Source: the human T2T-CHM13v2.0 reference genome, Homo sapiens
NCBI RefSeq assembly: GCF_009914755.1
Contig: NC_060925.1
Reading direction: 5' to 3' (one strand)
Length of the DNA: 64,000 nt
Shown here: in pieces, positions 37,102-50,542 of the stretch
Layout of the letters: each line of letters opens with the position of its first letter
Position numbering within the stretch: the first letter of the stretch is position 1
Program-made: the position numbers and the translations under genes
Notes under the pieces: model-generated
Databases searched by the model: none
Told to the model about the DNA's origin: nothing
What the model saw: only the letters and a program-made list of their open reading frames with translations

Positions 37102-37182
37102 ATGTCTGAAGGGGACAGTGTGGGAGAATCCGTCCATGGGAAACCTTCGGTGGTGTACAGATTTTTCACAAGACTTGGACAG
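37102..37182 (+). CDS. RER1: RER1 exon 2 coding part (81 nt); retention in ER sorting receptor 1
   Basis: cccag|TTACAGA-ATG; MSEGDSVGESVHGKPSVVYRFFTRLGQ; CAG|gttggt donor. Confidence 0.96.
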
Positions 37183-38426
37183 GTTGGTGGGTTTTTTAGT
37201 AGATGAGTATAAATATTTGAAAAAGAAACGGGACTCCCAGCATTTTCGGGAAGGATCTGTTTGCTGGTGTTCCTGATGGAGAAGTTACTTCGCCTCAGGC
37301 TCAAACTTCCTGAAGACAGCGTTCTCTTCACTGTGAAGGGCCAGCTGTGGAGAGATCGGGCTCTGGGGCCACACGTGGTCTATCAAACATATGCGTTTTC
37401 TGTTTCTGTTTTCCTTTTACCAAGCTTTAAAAATATAAAACCCAGTCTCAGCTCCCAGGCAGGACAGATGCGGCCGTGGCTGCCGTTCTGCTCTTGCTGT
37501 CCCTCTCCCAGCCACCCACGTCCCCGGTGCTGGTAGCCCCACCTGCCCCGTGTCAGCTCGGCGGTTCTGTCCTTGAGGGTGAGAGGCTCTTGTGTGGGCT
37601 GCGTGTGCATTGCTTGGTGAGTGAGGGACCTAGAGCTGCCTTTGAACGCTGGAGTCCGAACCTCTGTCAGGAAAAGCTTGGGTCACTGGCAGTTCCAGGT
37701 GCTGAGGATCCGGCTCAAATAAAAATTCATCACCTTAATTAAATCACATATGAAAAGCGATTGGCGATTAATGAAGTTGGGTGACAGGCATATGTAAGCT
37801 TCTATAATCTTTTTACTTTTGTGAATTTGGAAATTTCTCACAATTTGAAAATTAAATTTCTAAATTAAAATAAAAAACCATACATATGTATATTTGTAAA
37901 AATAAATACATAAAACTAAGGGCTCCTTCGGTCATGTCCACAGCCGCCTGGACGCACACACATGTGGGTGTGGCTGCTGGGGCTCAGGCTGTGGCCAGTG
38001 GGCCTGGGAGCGGGGCAAGGCTGGCTGCTGGCTGCTGCAGATGGGGGAGCTGACTTGAGATGTGACGATAAGGGCTGTGCTGTAGGGTGGGGACTTTGAG
38101 ATGCACAGTCCTCTCTTTGGGGTGAGGCTGGGTCTTCCCCATAGTGATCCCTTGGGGCCAGCACAATGTCACAGTCTCCTAGGAGATTGTTTTGTAATAG
38201 TCTTGCTTAAGAGATGAACCTGCTTCAGGAATTATTGAAAATAAACTTTGGATTAATTGTAGTCACTTCTTTGTGCTGATACATAGATGATCTCTTGCTA
38301 TTTTAACTCACTCTTTTAGCTGTTTTAAAAATTGAAAGCCAACCCTAGCAGAAGGTACATTTTGTGGCAGGGTCAGTACAGAAGTTACAGGACCTGCTTC
38401 ATGCTTTTGGACTCTTGTCTTTCTAG

Positions 38427-38531
38427 ATTTATCAGTCCTGGCTAGACAAGTCCACACCCTACACGGCTGTGCGATGGGTCGTGACACTGGGCCTGAGCTT
38501 TGTCTACATGATTCGAGTTTACCTGCTGCAG
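38427..38531 (+). CDS. RER1: RER1 exon 3 (105 nt)
   Basis: ttctag|ATT acceptor, CAG|gtaggt donor; IYQSWLDKSTPYTAVRWVVTLGLSFVYMIRVYLLQ. Confidence 0.96.
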
Positions 38532-39482
38532 GTAGGTGTGGGCTGAAGTGACGAGACTTGGCTCTGTCCACGTTACCTGGGCGTGGTGTTTGTGGGGATG
38601 TTGTTGATCCAGTCTGTCTTGCAGGAAGTGGTCTCTAGTAATCAATTTTCAGCTAAACGCCAAATGTCAGAAAGATCTCAGTGACTGTCTTTAACGAACA
38701 GGGTTGTTTATGATTCACCCGGAGTCGCCTCGCCAGGCTTCTCAGTATACCCAGGCCGTCCTGAGCCCAGCCTGGCCCTGCCCTGGGCACGTCCAGGCCT
38801 GGACAGTGGAGCCGCTGGTGTCCCTCCGACCCTGCTGCATGATGCTCAGGACAAGGTTGCGCTCTGTGGCTGCCTCATTCCTTGGGTGAAGAGTCCATGC
38901 CTTGGGTGTCATGAATGACTCGGCGTCCAAAGGGTTTATGTAGCTTTTCCTGAGCTCTCCCTTGTGTGAGGCCAAAGCACAGTGCAGGTTGAGACGCCGA
39001 GTCAAGTAAGAGAGACAGTGACCGAAGGGGGTCTTGAGGGTTTCCTTCGTGTGTTTTCGGGCACCCCTAGGTCAGGTGATGTCGTCTCAGACTTCACCTG
39101 GGTGCTCCTTTACTTGCTGGTAAACACGGGGTTTCTAGGAGCAAACCTGTAAGATGGGAATTCTTCGTCGGTCTTTAGAGGAGGTTACATAATCTTATGT
39201 GCAGAGCAGGGCATGTTGAAAGCCTTGTCTGGGCTATTTTCTCCTCTGGGGACTGTAGAAGATACTTCCTTGTTTAAAGCACACACCTTAATTTATTTAT
39301 TTATTTTTGTTTTTAAATTGGAACTGGGTCCATTCTCTGATGGAAAGAATGACCTAGAAATCTTGAATCAGGGACTTCAGGCAGGAGCAGGGGGCGGGAA
39401 GAGTGCAGCACCCACAGGTCAGTTTTATTGCGTTCGAAACCAAGCTCGTGCCTCATTTGGCGTCTCTTCAGGTGTGGCCCTG

Positions 39483-39635
39483 CAGCCGAGGATGGACACA
39501 CAGACATCAGTTAGCCCTCACATCCGGCGTTCGGCCGAGGATGGACACACAGACATCAGTTAGCCCTCACATCCGGCGTTCAGCCAGGGATGGACACACA
39601 GACATCAGTTAGCCCTCACATCTGGCGTTCAGCCG
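39483..39635. repeat. 49-bp minisatellite, ~3.1 copies
   Basis: CAGCCGAGGATGGACACACAGACATCAGTTAGCCCTCACATCCGGCGTT-type units at 39483, 39532 and 39581. Confidence 0.95.
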
Positions 39636-39640
39636 TCTGA

Positions 39641-40207
<567 letters not shown>

Positions 40208-40725
40208 TAACCCTCCTGGCAGAGTGTTTTTGGCAATGTGAATTGTCTGTTGGAGGAACATCAGCCAGCACGCCTCCAGTCACAGTTGAGAGTCTGTCTT
40301 CTGTTTCTGATGAAGCTGCTCCTGGGTGGGGCTCTGGGCCAGCATCGCTCAGGTGCCCGGGCCACCCGAGCCTGTGGTGTAGCTTGAGCATGTGCTTCTT
40401 GAGAAAAGCCTCCTTTTCTGCTGCGCTCCTTGTGGGGCGTCTGTGGCTTCAGGGATCACATGTGTCTAACTGGACCCTTGAAGAGCTTTGCTCATTTGGG
40501 CCCTTGCTTGTCCGCTTTGTCTCTGTTCCCACAGAGTATAATTTGAGATAAATTGTTACCATGGGATTTCACTGTATTTCCTTGTCCTTGCTATGAGTAA
40601 GTTTTGTGTTAAAACAAAGTTAGATCAGTTAACAAAGTTGAGAGTGAACCGGAGTGCAAACGTGAACTGGCTCAGGCTGATGGACGGTCAGAGTGCACCA
40701 CTGACTCTCTTTCCTTCTCTTTCAG

Positions 40726-40825
40726 GGTTGGTACATTGTGACCTATGCCTTGGGGATCTACCATCTAAATCTTTTCATAGCTTTTCTTTCTCCCAAAGTG
40801 GATCCTTCCTTAATGGAAGACTCAG
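40726..40825 (+). CDS. RER1: RER1 exon 4 (100 nt)
   Basis: ttcag|GGT acceptor, CAG|gtaggg donor; [33 protein letters not shown] (Rer1 family motif). Confidence 0.97.
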
Positions 40826-42167
40826 GTAGGGTAGCGGCTGTGCACTGGGCTGTGTGGGCAGGTTGGGCCTTTCTTTTCTGATGGGATTGCCCAGTGTTCT
40901 CTGGAAACACCCGAGACTCTTCTCTTGGGGTTGAAATGTACTTGTAATGTTGGGTGATCAGGATATGTTTGTAGAATGACTCTTCAAACCCTCCTGACAG
41001 CCACGAAGTGGGTGTTCATTCTGTTTTCCCACTTTGCAGATGAGGAAACTGAGGCATACAGGGTTAGGTAACGTGTTCGAGGTCACATGGCACCACAGAC
41101 AGTAGGGGTCTGAGGTGGACAGTCCGACTCCAGCCCCCGTCCCACCCCAGTCAGTGGTCCCTCTCAGAATCAGCGGAGGCAGCCATGACGAGGTTACCTT
41201 TTCCCGTAGCCAGAGGGTTCCACAGGCAGCTCACTGTGGTGCACAGAGACCGCCGGGACTCTAATGCCAGCATCGGGTCGGGTCAGGCTTTGGGCGGCCT
41301 TCTCTGGTTTCTGAGGAGCTGTGAGCTGAAGTGTTCCTGGTGCTTCGTGCTCCACTATTGGAAGACTTACGCAGCTCCTGGGCCTGCCTGGGCCAGGTAG
41401 GGGCCCTGAGTTCATGCCTGACTGGCCAGCCCCAGGCGAGGAACAAACAACTGCATTCCAGGACGTGGTGGCCATTGAGGGAAAACCCACACGCAGCTCC
41501 CTGCCAGGACCCTCCTCGTTCTGGGGGAACCTGCTGTCAGGGAGTAGGGTATGCTCTCACTGTGTGGCCAGAAGCCTGTGAGTCTTCTGTGTAGGATATG
41601 TGATGAAAAGATTGCTGGGAACACAGCCCCTCTCTGTTGTTGCTGTTTGGAGGAGACTAGAAAATAACAAAGAGCCCCTTTCCTGTAGGCCTCAGTTTTC
41701 CCATCTGTAAATGGGGAGCGGCACCCATCCCAGTGGGGGAGGCGGGGTGAGAGTGGGCTTGGCACAGCTGCTGGTGGGACAGGCCTGGCGCCCGGGTTCC
41801 ACGGTCAGCGCATCCTCGGCCCCGCCCTGTTCTCTGCCGCTTGCTTTTTATGTTAATTTGCCTTTGTTTTCTTCTGTGCCTTTACGTGGTGCAGCTGACG
41901 TGTTCCTGGATGTTTATATGTGGTTGAATTCTTCGTGCATTGAAAACGTGTGGAAGTCTAAAAACATTCTGATAGCACCTTCTGAAAGCAGTGAATTGGA
42001 TGTGTCAGTTGACCACAGACCCCCGTTTTCTCGTTTTCTCTGGTTAAATGACATGAATCTCGGTTTAGATTTGTGAGGCCTGCTAGTCCAAAGCCTTGAG
42101 GGGAAAAGGTAGAACTGTGATGGGAATGAAAAGAGGTGCCCTCCCTGATGGTTGCTCTGCCTTACAG

Positions 42168-42246
42168 ATGACGGTCCTTCGCTACCCACCAAACAGAACG
42201 AGGAATTCCGCCCCTTCATTCGAAGGCTCCCAGAGTTTAAATTTTG
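42168..42246 (+). CDS. RER1: RER1 exon 5 (79 nt)
   Basis: ttacag|ATG acceptor, TG|gtgagc donor; [26 protein letters not shown]. Confidence 0.97.
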
Positions 42247-42513
42247 GTGAGCTAATTCTTCATGGTATTTGAAGAGAATTGTGCTCAAGGGTGGCTGAGA
42301 CTGAGACTACACTGATTTTTGTTCAAGTCACCTGAAAGATGACTGCTGTGCTGGGCTGGGCACGGGGAATCGCAGGGGCTCTCTGTAGAAGGCCACTCAC
42401 TACCTTGCCGCATTCTCTTGGTTTCAAGTCAGCACCAGTGCCCTGGAGGTTGAGTCTGGGATGGAGTGCGCACCGGCTTCTGTGGTTGTGGCCTGGGGAG
42501 GGCAGGCCCTCCG

Positions 42514-43019
42514 TCCTCCCTCCTCCTCCCTTCCTCCCTCCTTCCTCCCTCCTTCCTCCCTCCTCCTCCTCCCTCCTCCACCCTCCCTCCTCCCTCCTCC
42601 TTCCTCCCTCCTTCCTGCCGCCTCCTCCCTCCTTCCTGCCTCCTCCTCCCTCCTTCTCCCTCCTCCCTCCTCCCTCCCTCCTCCCTCCCTCCTCCTCCCT
42701 CCTCCTCCCTCCTCCTCCCTCCTTCCCTCCCTCCTCCTCCCTCCTTCCTCCCTCCTCCTCCCTCCTCCTCCCTCCTCCCTTCTTCCTCCCTCCTCCTCCC
42801 TTCTTCCTCCTCCTCCCTCCTCCCCCTCCTCCCTCCCCCTCCTCCCTCCCTCCTCCCCCCTCCTCCCTCCTTCCTCCCTCCTCCTCCCTCCCTCCTCCTT
42901 CCTCCCTCCTCCTTCCTCCCTCCTTCCTCCCTCCTCCTCCCTCCTTCCTCCCTCCCTCCTCCTCCCTCCTTCCTCCCTCCTCCTCCCTCCTCCTCCCTCC
43001 TTCCTCCTTCCTCTCTCCC
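42514..43019. repeat. ~506-bp polypyrimidine (CCT/CCCT/CCTT)n tract in RER1 intron 5
   Basis: Only 4 purines (42580, 42617, 42620, 42638); none in 42639-43019. Confidence 0.97.
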
Positions 43020-43795
43020 ATCCCCAGCCTTGTGGCTCCTTTTGGCTGGCAGAGGGACTAGCCTTCTCCTGGAGTCATTTTTGAGAGGGGTTTGAGCCGA
43101 GGTGTCCGTGTCTGCACGGGTAGGCAGAGGTGGGTGGCGCAGCCGTCAGAGGGACGGGAGCGTGTGCATCCGTTTGTCTTATCCCTCATACCCCACTCTG
43201 GGAGCACAGGAGGAACCCAAGTCTGTTAGATCAGTAAACTGAAGGAGCCTGCTGAGCTCGTGGGGCTCCACGCCTTGACTTTGCAGCCGCAGATGGAGTG
43301 TGGTACAGAAAGATCAGGGGCCCTGGAAGCCACCAGAAGCTTGGACTAGGAAGGGAGAGCTGAGCCTCCAGGGCCGTGGCATCTGTTGGCCATGTGCTGG
43401 GACGGGAGGGAGCACTGGTGGCCATGCCACAGTGACAAGGTGAAGGCCCTGGATGGTCCACAAGACACAGCCTGGGTTTCTCTCCAGATCGCAGGCCCAG
43501 CCAGCAGGCATGGGGCCCCCAGCCTCAGTACTGATGCTTTATACTTTGTGTAGTTTTAAGAAGAATTGTGTCTTTCAAGGGAGTAAGAGAAGGATGTTTC
43601 TGTGGTTAGGGCAGTACATGTCTGTGAGCTACATGCAAAGGGTCCTGCTGCTGCTGTGCCCAGGGTAGACCCCTCCTTTCCACAGGGATGCTTCTGTTTG
43701 CGGGGACGGTCGGTGCAGCTGCAAGGCTGGAGGCGGCCGGCAGGTGCCCGGTGCTGGCTGCAGATGCGGCGCTAACCTTCTCTCCCCACTTGAAG

Positions 43796-43931
43796 GCATG
43801 CGGCTACCAAGGGCATCCTTGTGGCTATGGTCTGTACTTTCTTCGACGCTTTCAACGTCCCGGTGTTCTGGCCGATTCTGGTGATGTACTTCATCATGCT
43901 CTTCTGTATCACGATGAAGAGGCAAATCAAG
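43796..43931 (+). CDS. RER1: RER1 exon 6 (136 nt)
   Basis: tgaag|GCAT acceptor, AAG|gtaaag donor; HAATKGILVAMVCTFFDAFNVPVFWPILVMYFIMLFCITMKRQIK. Confidence 0.97.
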
Positions 43932-44624
43932 GTAAAGCAGAGGCGCTGCCGCCACGCCGGCCGCAATCGCTGTTCTGTTACCCGCAGCATTGGGGGAGCT
44001 GTGCTGGGCTGTGGTGGGTGGTGGCAGAGTCTGCCTGGTGTGAATGTGGAGCTAAGTGGCACCGTCTTGTGTGTGACGAGGACACTGCTCCGTTCCCCAG
44101 CACGGCCGGCTAACTAAACGGGGAGCGCAGCTGTGGGAGCGGGCGGGCTCTTGGTGGAAACTTTGTGGAAGCCGGGTGGGAGAGCCCCGGCGAGTGCAGT
44201 GTCCCGGTGGCTCCTCTTAGGGTGCCCAGTGCCCCGCGCCAGCCTGCCCGAGGAGGAGGGTGTTAGGGGGAAGTTAGCCGAGACTGCGGACTGTGCCCTT
44301 GACGGTGTGGCCTTCGTGCTGCGGGCCTCACTCTGTGCCCGGGGTGTTGGCTGCAGAGAGGGCCCTGGGCCACCTCACATCCCCCTTGCCCTTCCTCCAC
44401 GGGAGGCTCACGAAGCACTGGGATTGATGGGGTTTCAAACCTAGGCCTCGTGGGCTGTGGAAGGTCTTGCTGTGTTGATGTGGGCGCAGGAAGCCACTGG
44501 GGCTCCGATTCCACTTGTCTGATGTATAGAAAAGATGGGGGACCTTTGGCCGCTCAGATTTGGGGACAGTGTGACTGACTGGAGAGCGGTTGTGCAGTAA
44601 CTGAGTCTGTGTTTCTCTCCCCAG

Positions 44625-44714
44625 CACATGATTAAGTACCGGTACATCCCGTTCACACATGGGAAGAGAAGGTACAGAGGCAAGGAGGATGCCGGCAAGG
44701 CCTTCGCCAGCTAG
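44625..44714 (+). CDS. RER1: RER1 last coding exon (90 nt incl. TAG); total CDS 591 nt = 196 aa
   Basis: cccag|CAC acceptor; HMIKYRYIPFTHGKRRYRGKEDAGKAFAS stop. Confidence 0.97.
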   Translation, partial: HMIKYRYIPFTHGKRRYRGKEDAGKAFAS

Positions 44715-46423
44715 AAGCGGGACTGAGGCTGCCTCACGTGTTGCAAGAACAGTTTTGAGCCATTGTTAACAATGCCTTTTTTCTTCACATAAAGTAGTTG
44801 ATTACGAGGGAGTCAAATTTTCTTTTTAAAAAGGAGCTTCAATGATTTGTAACTGAAATATCAGGTTCTAGAAGAAACTGGCGCTTAAACCAAATCGCAT
44901 GGATTTCTTTTTCAGTGACGTTCAAGTGTTTCTCACGGATGGAATTCTAGTCAGCTGCAGGCGGGAAGCCAGGCGGGTGGAGCCCATGGGAGCAAGGGCG
45001 AGTGGCCGGTCCCCGCTGTGCCAGGTGGGCAGGCAGGAGCAAGGCCTGCGAGGGAGGAACGGGCCGCTCCCCGCCAGCCGCCTTCCCCAGCAGCCGCAGG
45101 TGGTGCCAGCCACTCCACAGAGCCCGAGGGATGATCTAGCCTGATTCCTGCGTGTCCGAAAGAACTTAACGTTTTAAAGGTGATTGTCAAGTAACTGTGT
45201 GGGGTTCTAATGCCAGTTTCCTAATTCCATCTCACTGGAGATGTTTAAAGTTGGCCTCTATCCTAATGACTCAAAACTTGGTTCTTAACTACCATGATTG
45301 CTTTTGAGGGCCCGGAATTATAAATATATATTATATTTTAATTGTTTGAGATTATTTTGACACATTTCTTTGATACGTAGAGTGTTTTGTTTTTAATTTA
45401 AATCTGTCCTCATGCAACCCTCCATGAGGGGCAGCGAAGCTGGCAGGGAGCAGACTGGCTTTGTAGGTTCAGCACTCGGCCCCCCACTGCGGGAGAGGCG
45501 GAACCCACTTGCATGTCAGCGTTTTTGATTCGAGAAAAGAAATACTCTCAACGTTTTACCAAGTGATTTTACCTCCACCTTTACTAAAGTCTTTACCTAA
45601 AACATGGCAGTCGCTGGACACAGGAAAGCCCACCTTTTGTTTGGCCTTTTCGAAAGGTGACCCATATTGCACAGCAGAACATCACAGCTGTGGTCCCAGA
45701 TGAGACACTGACATGCGAGTGAAGGCCTCTCCTCCTGGGCCCCGGGCTGCGCAGGCTCCTCACTCTGGGCGGTGTTTCCTGTCTCAGAATTGACACGGTG
45801 AATGCTTAGTGTCTGGATTTTCTTGTGCCAGTGTTTACATATCTGACATCGAGCTCCTCTAAGAGGCCACGTTCAAGCTTGTGTGTCCCTGACCCAAGAT
45901 AGCCAGTGCTGCTCCCAGGTGGTACTTCTGGTACCGTGTTGAGACACTTGGGATTCTCAGACTGTGGACAGGAGTGTTTGTCATTTTTCATACTGTTTTC
46001 TTAATAAGCGCTCAGGCCTAAGGTGTGACAGGAAGTCGCACGCGCTTGGCCAGAGCACAGTGAAGCAAAGGACTGGGTGCTGATGGATGGAGCCACGGCG
46101 GCATCTGCCCACCCGGCCGCAGCCCCCAGTGCCTCTCCTGGTGGTCCTCCCAGTCTAGAGGGTCACGGCCCCCCCGCCCTCCTCCGTCTCTGGCAAGCTG
46201 ACCTTGACTAACCCAGGAATACAGGGTCATCCTCATTCCTAAGTAAGTCAAACAGCAAGACATGGTTTGCGCGGGTCTTTGCCGGAAGCCGGTCCTGCTG
46301 GCCAGGTGTTTTACGTCAGCAGGGAAATGTGGCACACGCCCTCGAGGCATTTTAACACTGCGCTTCAGGAAATCTCAAGTTCCATCTTGTGTTAGTAACG
46401 TACCCACATTTTGCTGGAGTTAG

Positions 46424-46429
46424 TTTATT
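46424..46429 (-). terminator. PEX10: Candidate PEX10 polyadenylation signal AATAAA
   Basis: TTTATT on plus; first canonical hexamer I found downstream of the PEX10 stop. Confidence 0.7.
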
Positions 46430-47005
46430 AAAGATGCCTACGGTGAACTCTCTGGCGCAGGTTAAATGCAGTTTTGAAAACCTGGAAACATCAAATGGAG
46501 GCGGGAAATAGGCTGGGGCCGAGCTGAGGGGCTGAACACAGCAGTGACCGTGGGTCAGCAGGTCGCCTGCCCAGCAGGCCCCCCAGGAGAGGGCTCGGGC
46601 GCCCCTGGCAGCCCCCATACCCCCAGGACCTGGCTCGTGAGTGCGTCTGGGTCAGGAAGAGACCTCTCTGTGCGTCTCAGGCTGAGATGCAGATTTCTGT
46701 TTTCTAAAACTGGAAGCGACCTTGACGTGTATTGAAGGTGTGTGTGCCAAATGCTTCCGACGGAGGTGCTGGCCTTGGTTGGTTTCTCTCTGCCCCGTGT
46801 GGTCATCAAGTCCTGGGGGATGTGCTCTGCCCAGCCGCCCTCGGGGAGAGCAGCGCCGCCTCCCATGGGGCCGTGGGGCTGCTGTTCTCACTGCACTGGC
46901 TGAAGCAACCCGCCAGCCTCCGTGCCCCACCCCACCCAGCACGCACTCATTCAGTCCATTGCCTTAACACAAGCCTGATGGGGCTGTTTTCTCACAATAT
47001 AAACG

Positions 47006-47011
47006 AATAAA
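47006..47011 (+). terminator. RER1: Candidate RER1 distal polyadenylation signal AATAAA
   Basis: First canonical AATAAA I found after the RER1 stop; followed by U/GU-rich sequence. Confidence 0.7.
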
Positions 47012-47355
47012 GTGTCTTCTGGCCTACTTCTGAATTACTTCTCAACTGTATGGTTTGGGGAAGGGAGGGAAACCTAAAATCCCGTCCAAATAAGTGAAAT
47101 TCCTGAAGAAGTGGCTGAGTCCTACCAGGTTGGGGTTAGGGAAATGTTCTGGGTTCAGGCGCCCCTCCCAGGGCTGAGAAAGCGCAGCCAGGGACAGCTT
47201 TCTGTTCTCTCCCAGGGTGGCTAGGTTAGTATCTTACATGACAAAAAACTGAGAGTGTTCTAACTTCTGTGCAAGCAAGGTTAATCCTGAGACTAAATCT
47301 TGGCGTTCAGACTCCCGTAGAGGTCATCTGTGTCCAGGCCCACCCGGGCGCCGGC

Positions 47356-47424
47356 TCAGCGGTAGTGCCGAAGGTAGATGAGCTTCTGGGGAGGGAACTT
47401 CTCCCGGCAGAGGGGACACTCCGC
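47356..47424 (-). CDS. PEX10: PEX10 exon 6 coding part (69 nt incl. TGA); total 981 nt = 326 aa
   Basis: cgcag|GCG acceptor; AECPLCREKFPPQKLIYLRHYR stop. Confidence 0.97.
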   Translation of the reverse strand, partial: AECPLCREKFPPQKLIYLRHYR

Positions 47425-47966
47425 CTGCGGAGAGGAGAAAGGGGGTCACAGCAGCTGGGGCCACTGGGCCATGCCCATCCCCATCGGCATTTCTTTTCCT
47501 GTCCACATTCTCTGCACATGACACACAACATAAATGTTGTATTTCCTTCAACTAATGACCAAGAAAGCCAGCCTTTTTTCAGAAGGCCGAGTCCCAGTGG
47601 GGGCTGGGGCGGGGCTGGGGGCGTAGGGCTCAGGGTGTGGGGCTCGGCCGGGAGGTTCCCTCCTGCTCCCGCAGCTGACACAGCCCAGGAAGCCCAGCTC
47701 CTGGGAAAGCGTGCGCTCTCACCCTGCCGGCATCTTCGGTGGGTGTGAGTCAGTGTGCTAGGGTTTTCAAGTGTGGTGAGGACCCCGGGAGGAAGGGTGT
47801 GCTGGGATGCGTGGTGCAAGCGTGGGGCCTTTCAGGGCTGGCCACTACCCCAACCTGCATTCGGCAAAGCCTCAATACACGTGAATTTGGAACTTTAACC
47901 CCCTCAACGAACCCACATCTGACCTACCTGGGAGCCTTTAAAAAGATGCCCACCTCTGTACCCTCA

Positions 47967-48554
<588 letters not shown>

Positions 48555-50026
48555 TCACACGTTCAGTTGGCACAGAGCACGTTAGAACCAGGCCTCTCAC
48601 TGGCATGGGGAGTGCCCGGCAGAAACGATCAAGCCAGGGGGCAGGTTCAGGGAGTCTGAGGTGCCTGCTTCGTAGCCTAGCATGACGGAGAGGCCTGAGC
48701 TCCAGACCAGCCTTGGCATCACCAGTGCAGAAAGAGTCTTAGCTATGAGGCTGGCAGAGCAGGTGAGGATGTGGGGATGTCCAGGGACCACCTCTCAGAA
48801 AAGGAGGCGGGGAGCGGAAATGTGGGGCTGCAGACGCTGCCCACCAGCTACCCTGCTACAGGGACCGAAGCCCCAGTGTAACAAGGCACGTGGCCCCAGG
48901 GACACTGCTGCCACCCTCCTGCTGGTGACACAGGTAGCTTCTGACCGTGCCACTGAAGGACAGCTGGCTGCCCTCGGCTTCCCGTGTCACTTTCCACTGG
49001 CTGGGAAATGGAGACAGCCAGACAGCCTCAGCCCAGGGCCGGGAACCACATACAGAGGTGGCAGGTCACACCGCCAGCATGGGCCCTGGGTGTCCAGCCA
49101 CTTCCTGGCTGTCCTAGGAGAGAGGGAGCCTCCCATCTGGTTTGAGCCCCACTTCCATGCCCCTGTCACAGCAGCTCATCAAATCCCTCACCAACATGGA
49201 CGGGGCAAGAAACCACATCAAATATGCAAGTGAGGCTGGGTACGCTGAGGACGAAGACCTGACCACTGGCTCTGCGACGAGGTCACGGTAGCCTCCTGTT
49301 TAGGGTGTGTGTGGAGGCGGGGTTGCCTGGCAAGTAGGGGCTGAGGGGACCAGTGCAGCTCTAGGGACAAAAGGAAGGGGGTTCCTCAGAGGGCTGTTCT
49401 GGAAGGAGCTCATGCAGTAGTGGCTCTGGTGGGCCAGGGACTAACGCTGTGGCAGGTGGACATGGTGGTGGGACCACGGGGGAGGCTTCGTTGCTGAATC
49501 TGGAAGCAGGGGCATCAGCTGGGGGTCAGGATAGGCAGAGGTGCCGACGGCTGTGGAGGGGAGAAGGTGGGAACGGCTGTCTGATGGGGCAGACTGCTGG
49601 GCCAGGCAGGGGCGAGGGGTGAGGGGCTGGGGCCGGGGCTGCAGTCCATGCTCCCACACTGTCTGGGAGAAGCTGTTTGTTCCCCACAGCAGTGACATAG
49701 GCAGTCACGGGCCCAGGTTCAGGGATCTGTGGTGAGGCGTGACCCGGGGCCCCCCGGTCAGTAAAGAGCTAAGCGCAGGGCCCGGTGTCCATGAGGGGCT
49801 GCAGCAGGAGTTCATTCTACACTTAGGGTCTGGACTTCCTTGGATCTTTCAGCCAAGTGTAATTAAACAAAATCTGCTTTTTTTCCAAGCAGAGGATTTG
49901 GGTTCCTGCCTTGACACAGATGCTGGATGTAGAACCCTGTTGGCTGAGAGGCCTGGAGGGCCAGCTCTGTGCATGCACCCAAGTCCAGTGGGGGTGACAA
50001 GGACGGCCTAAGCAGCTGTGCCCTCA

Positions 50027-50542
<516 letters not shown>

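Noticed and set aside
39483-39635. Regularly spaced repeats resembling a CRISPR array
   Set aside because: Units are contiguous with no unique spacers, there are no cas genes, and the DNA is human; it is a minisatellite
42323-43095. Four 200-240 aa ORFs rich in P/S/L or G/E/R
   Set aside because: Artefacts of the purine-free tract, which cannot contain stop codons on either strand
44761-44774. 14-bp perfect palindrome CATTGTTAACAATG in the RER1 3' UTR
   Set aside because: A few palindromes of this length are expected by chance in 64 kb; no other support
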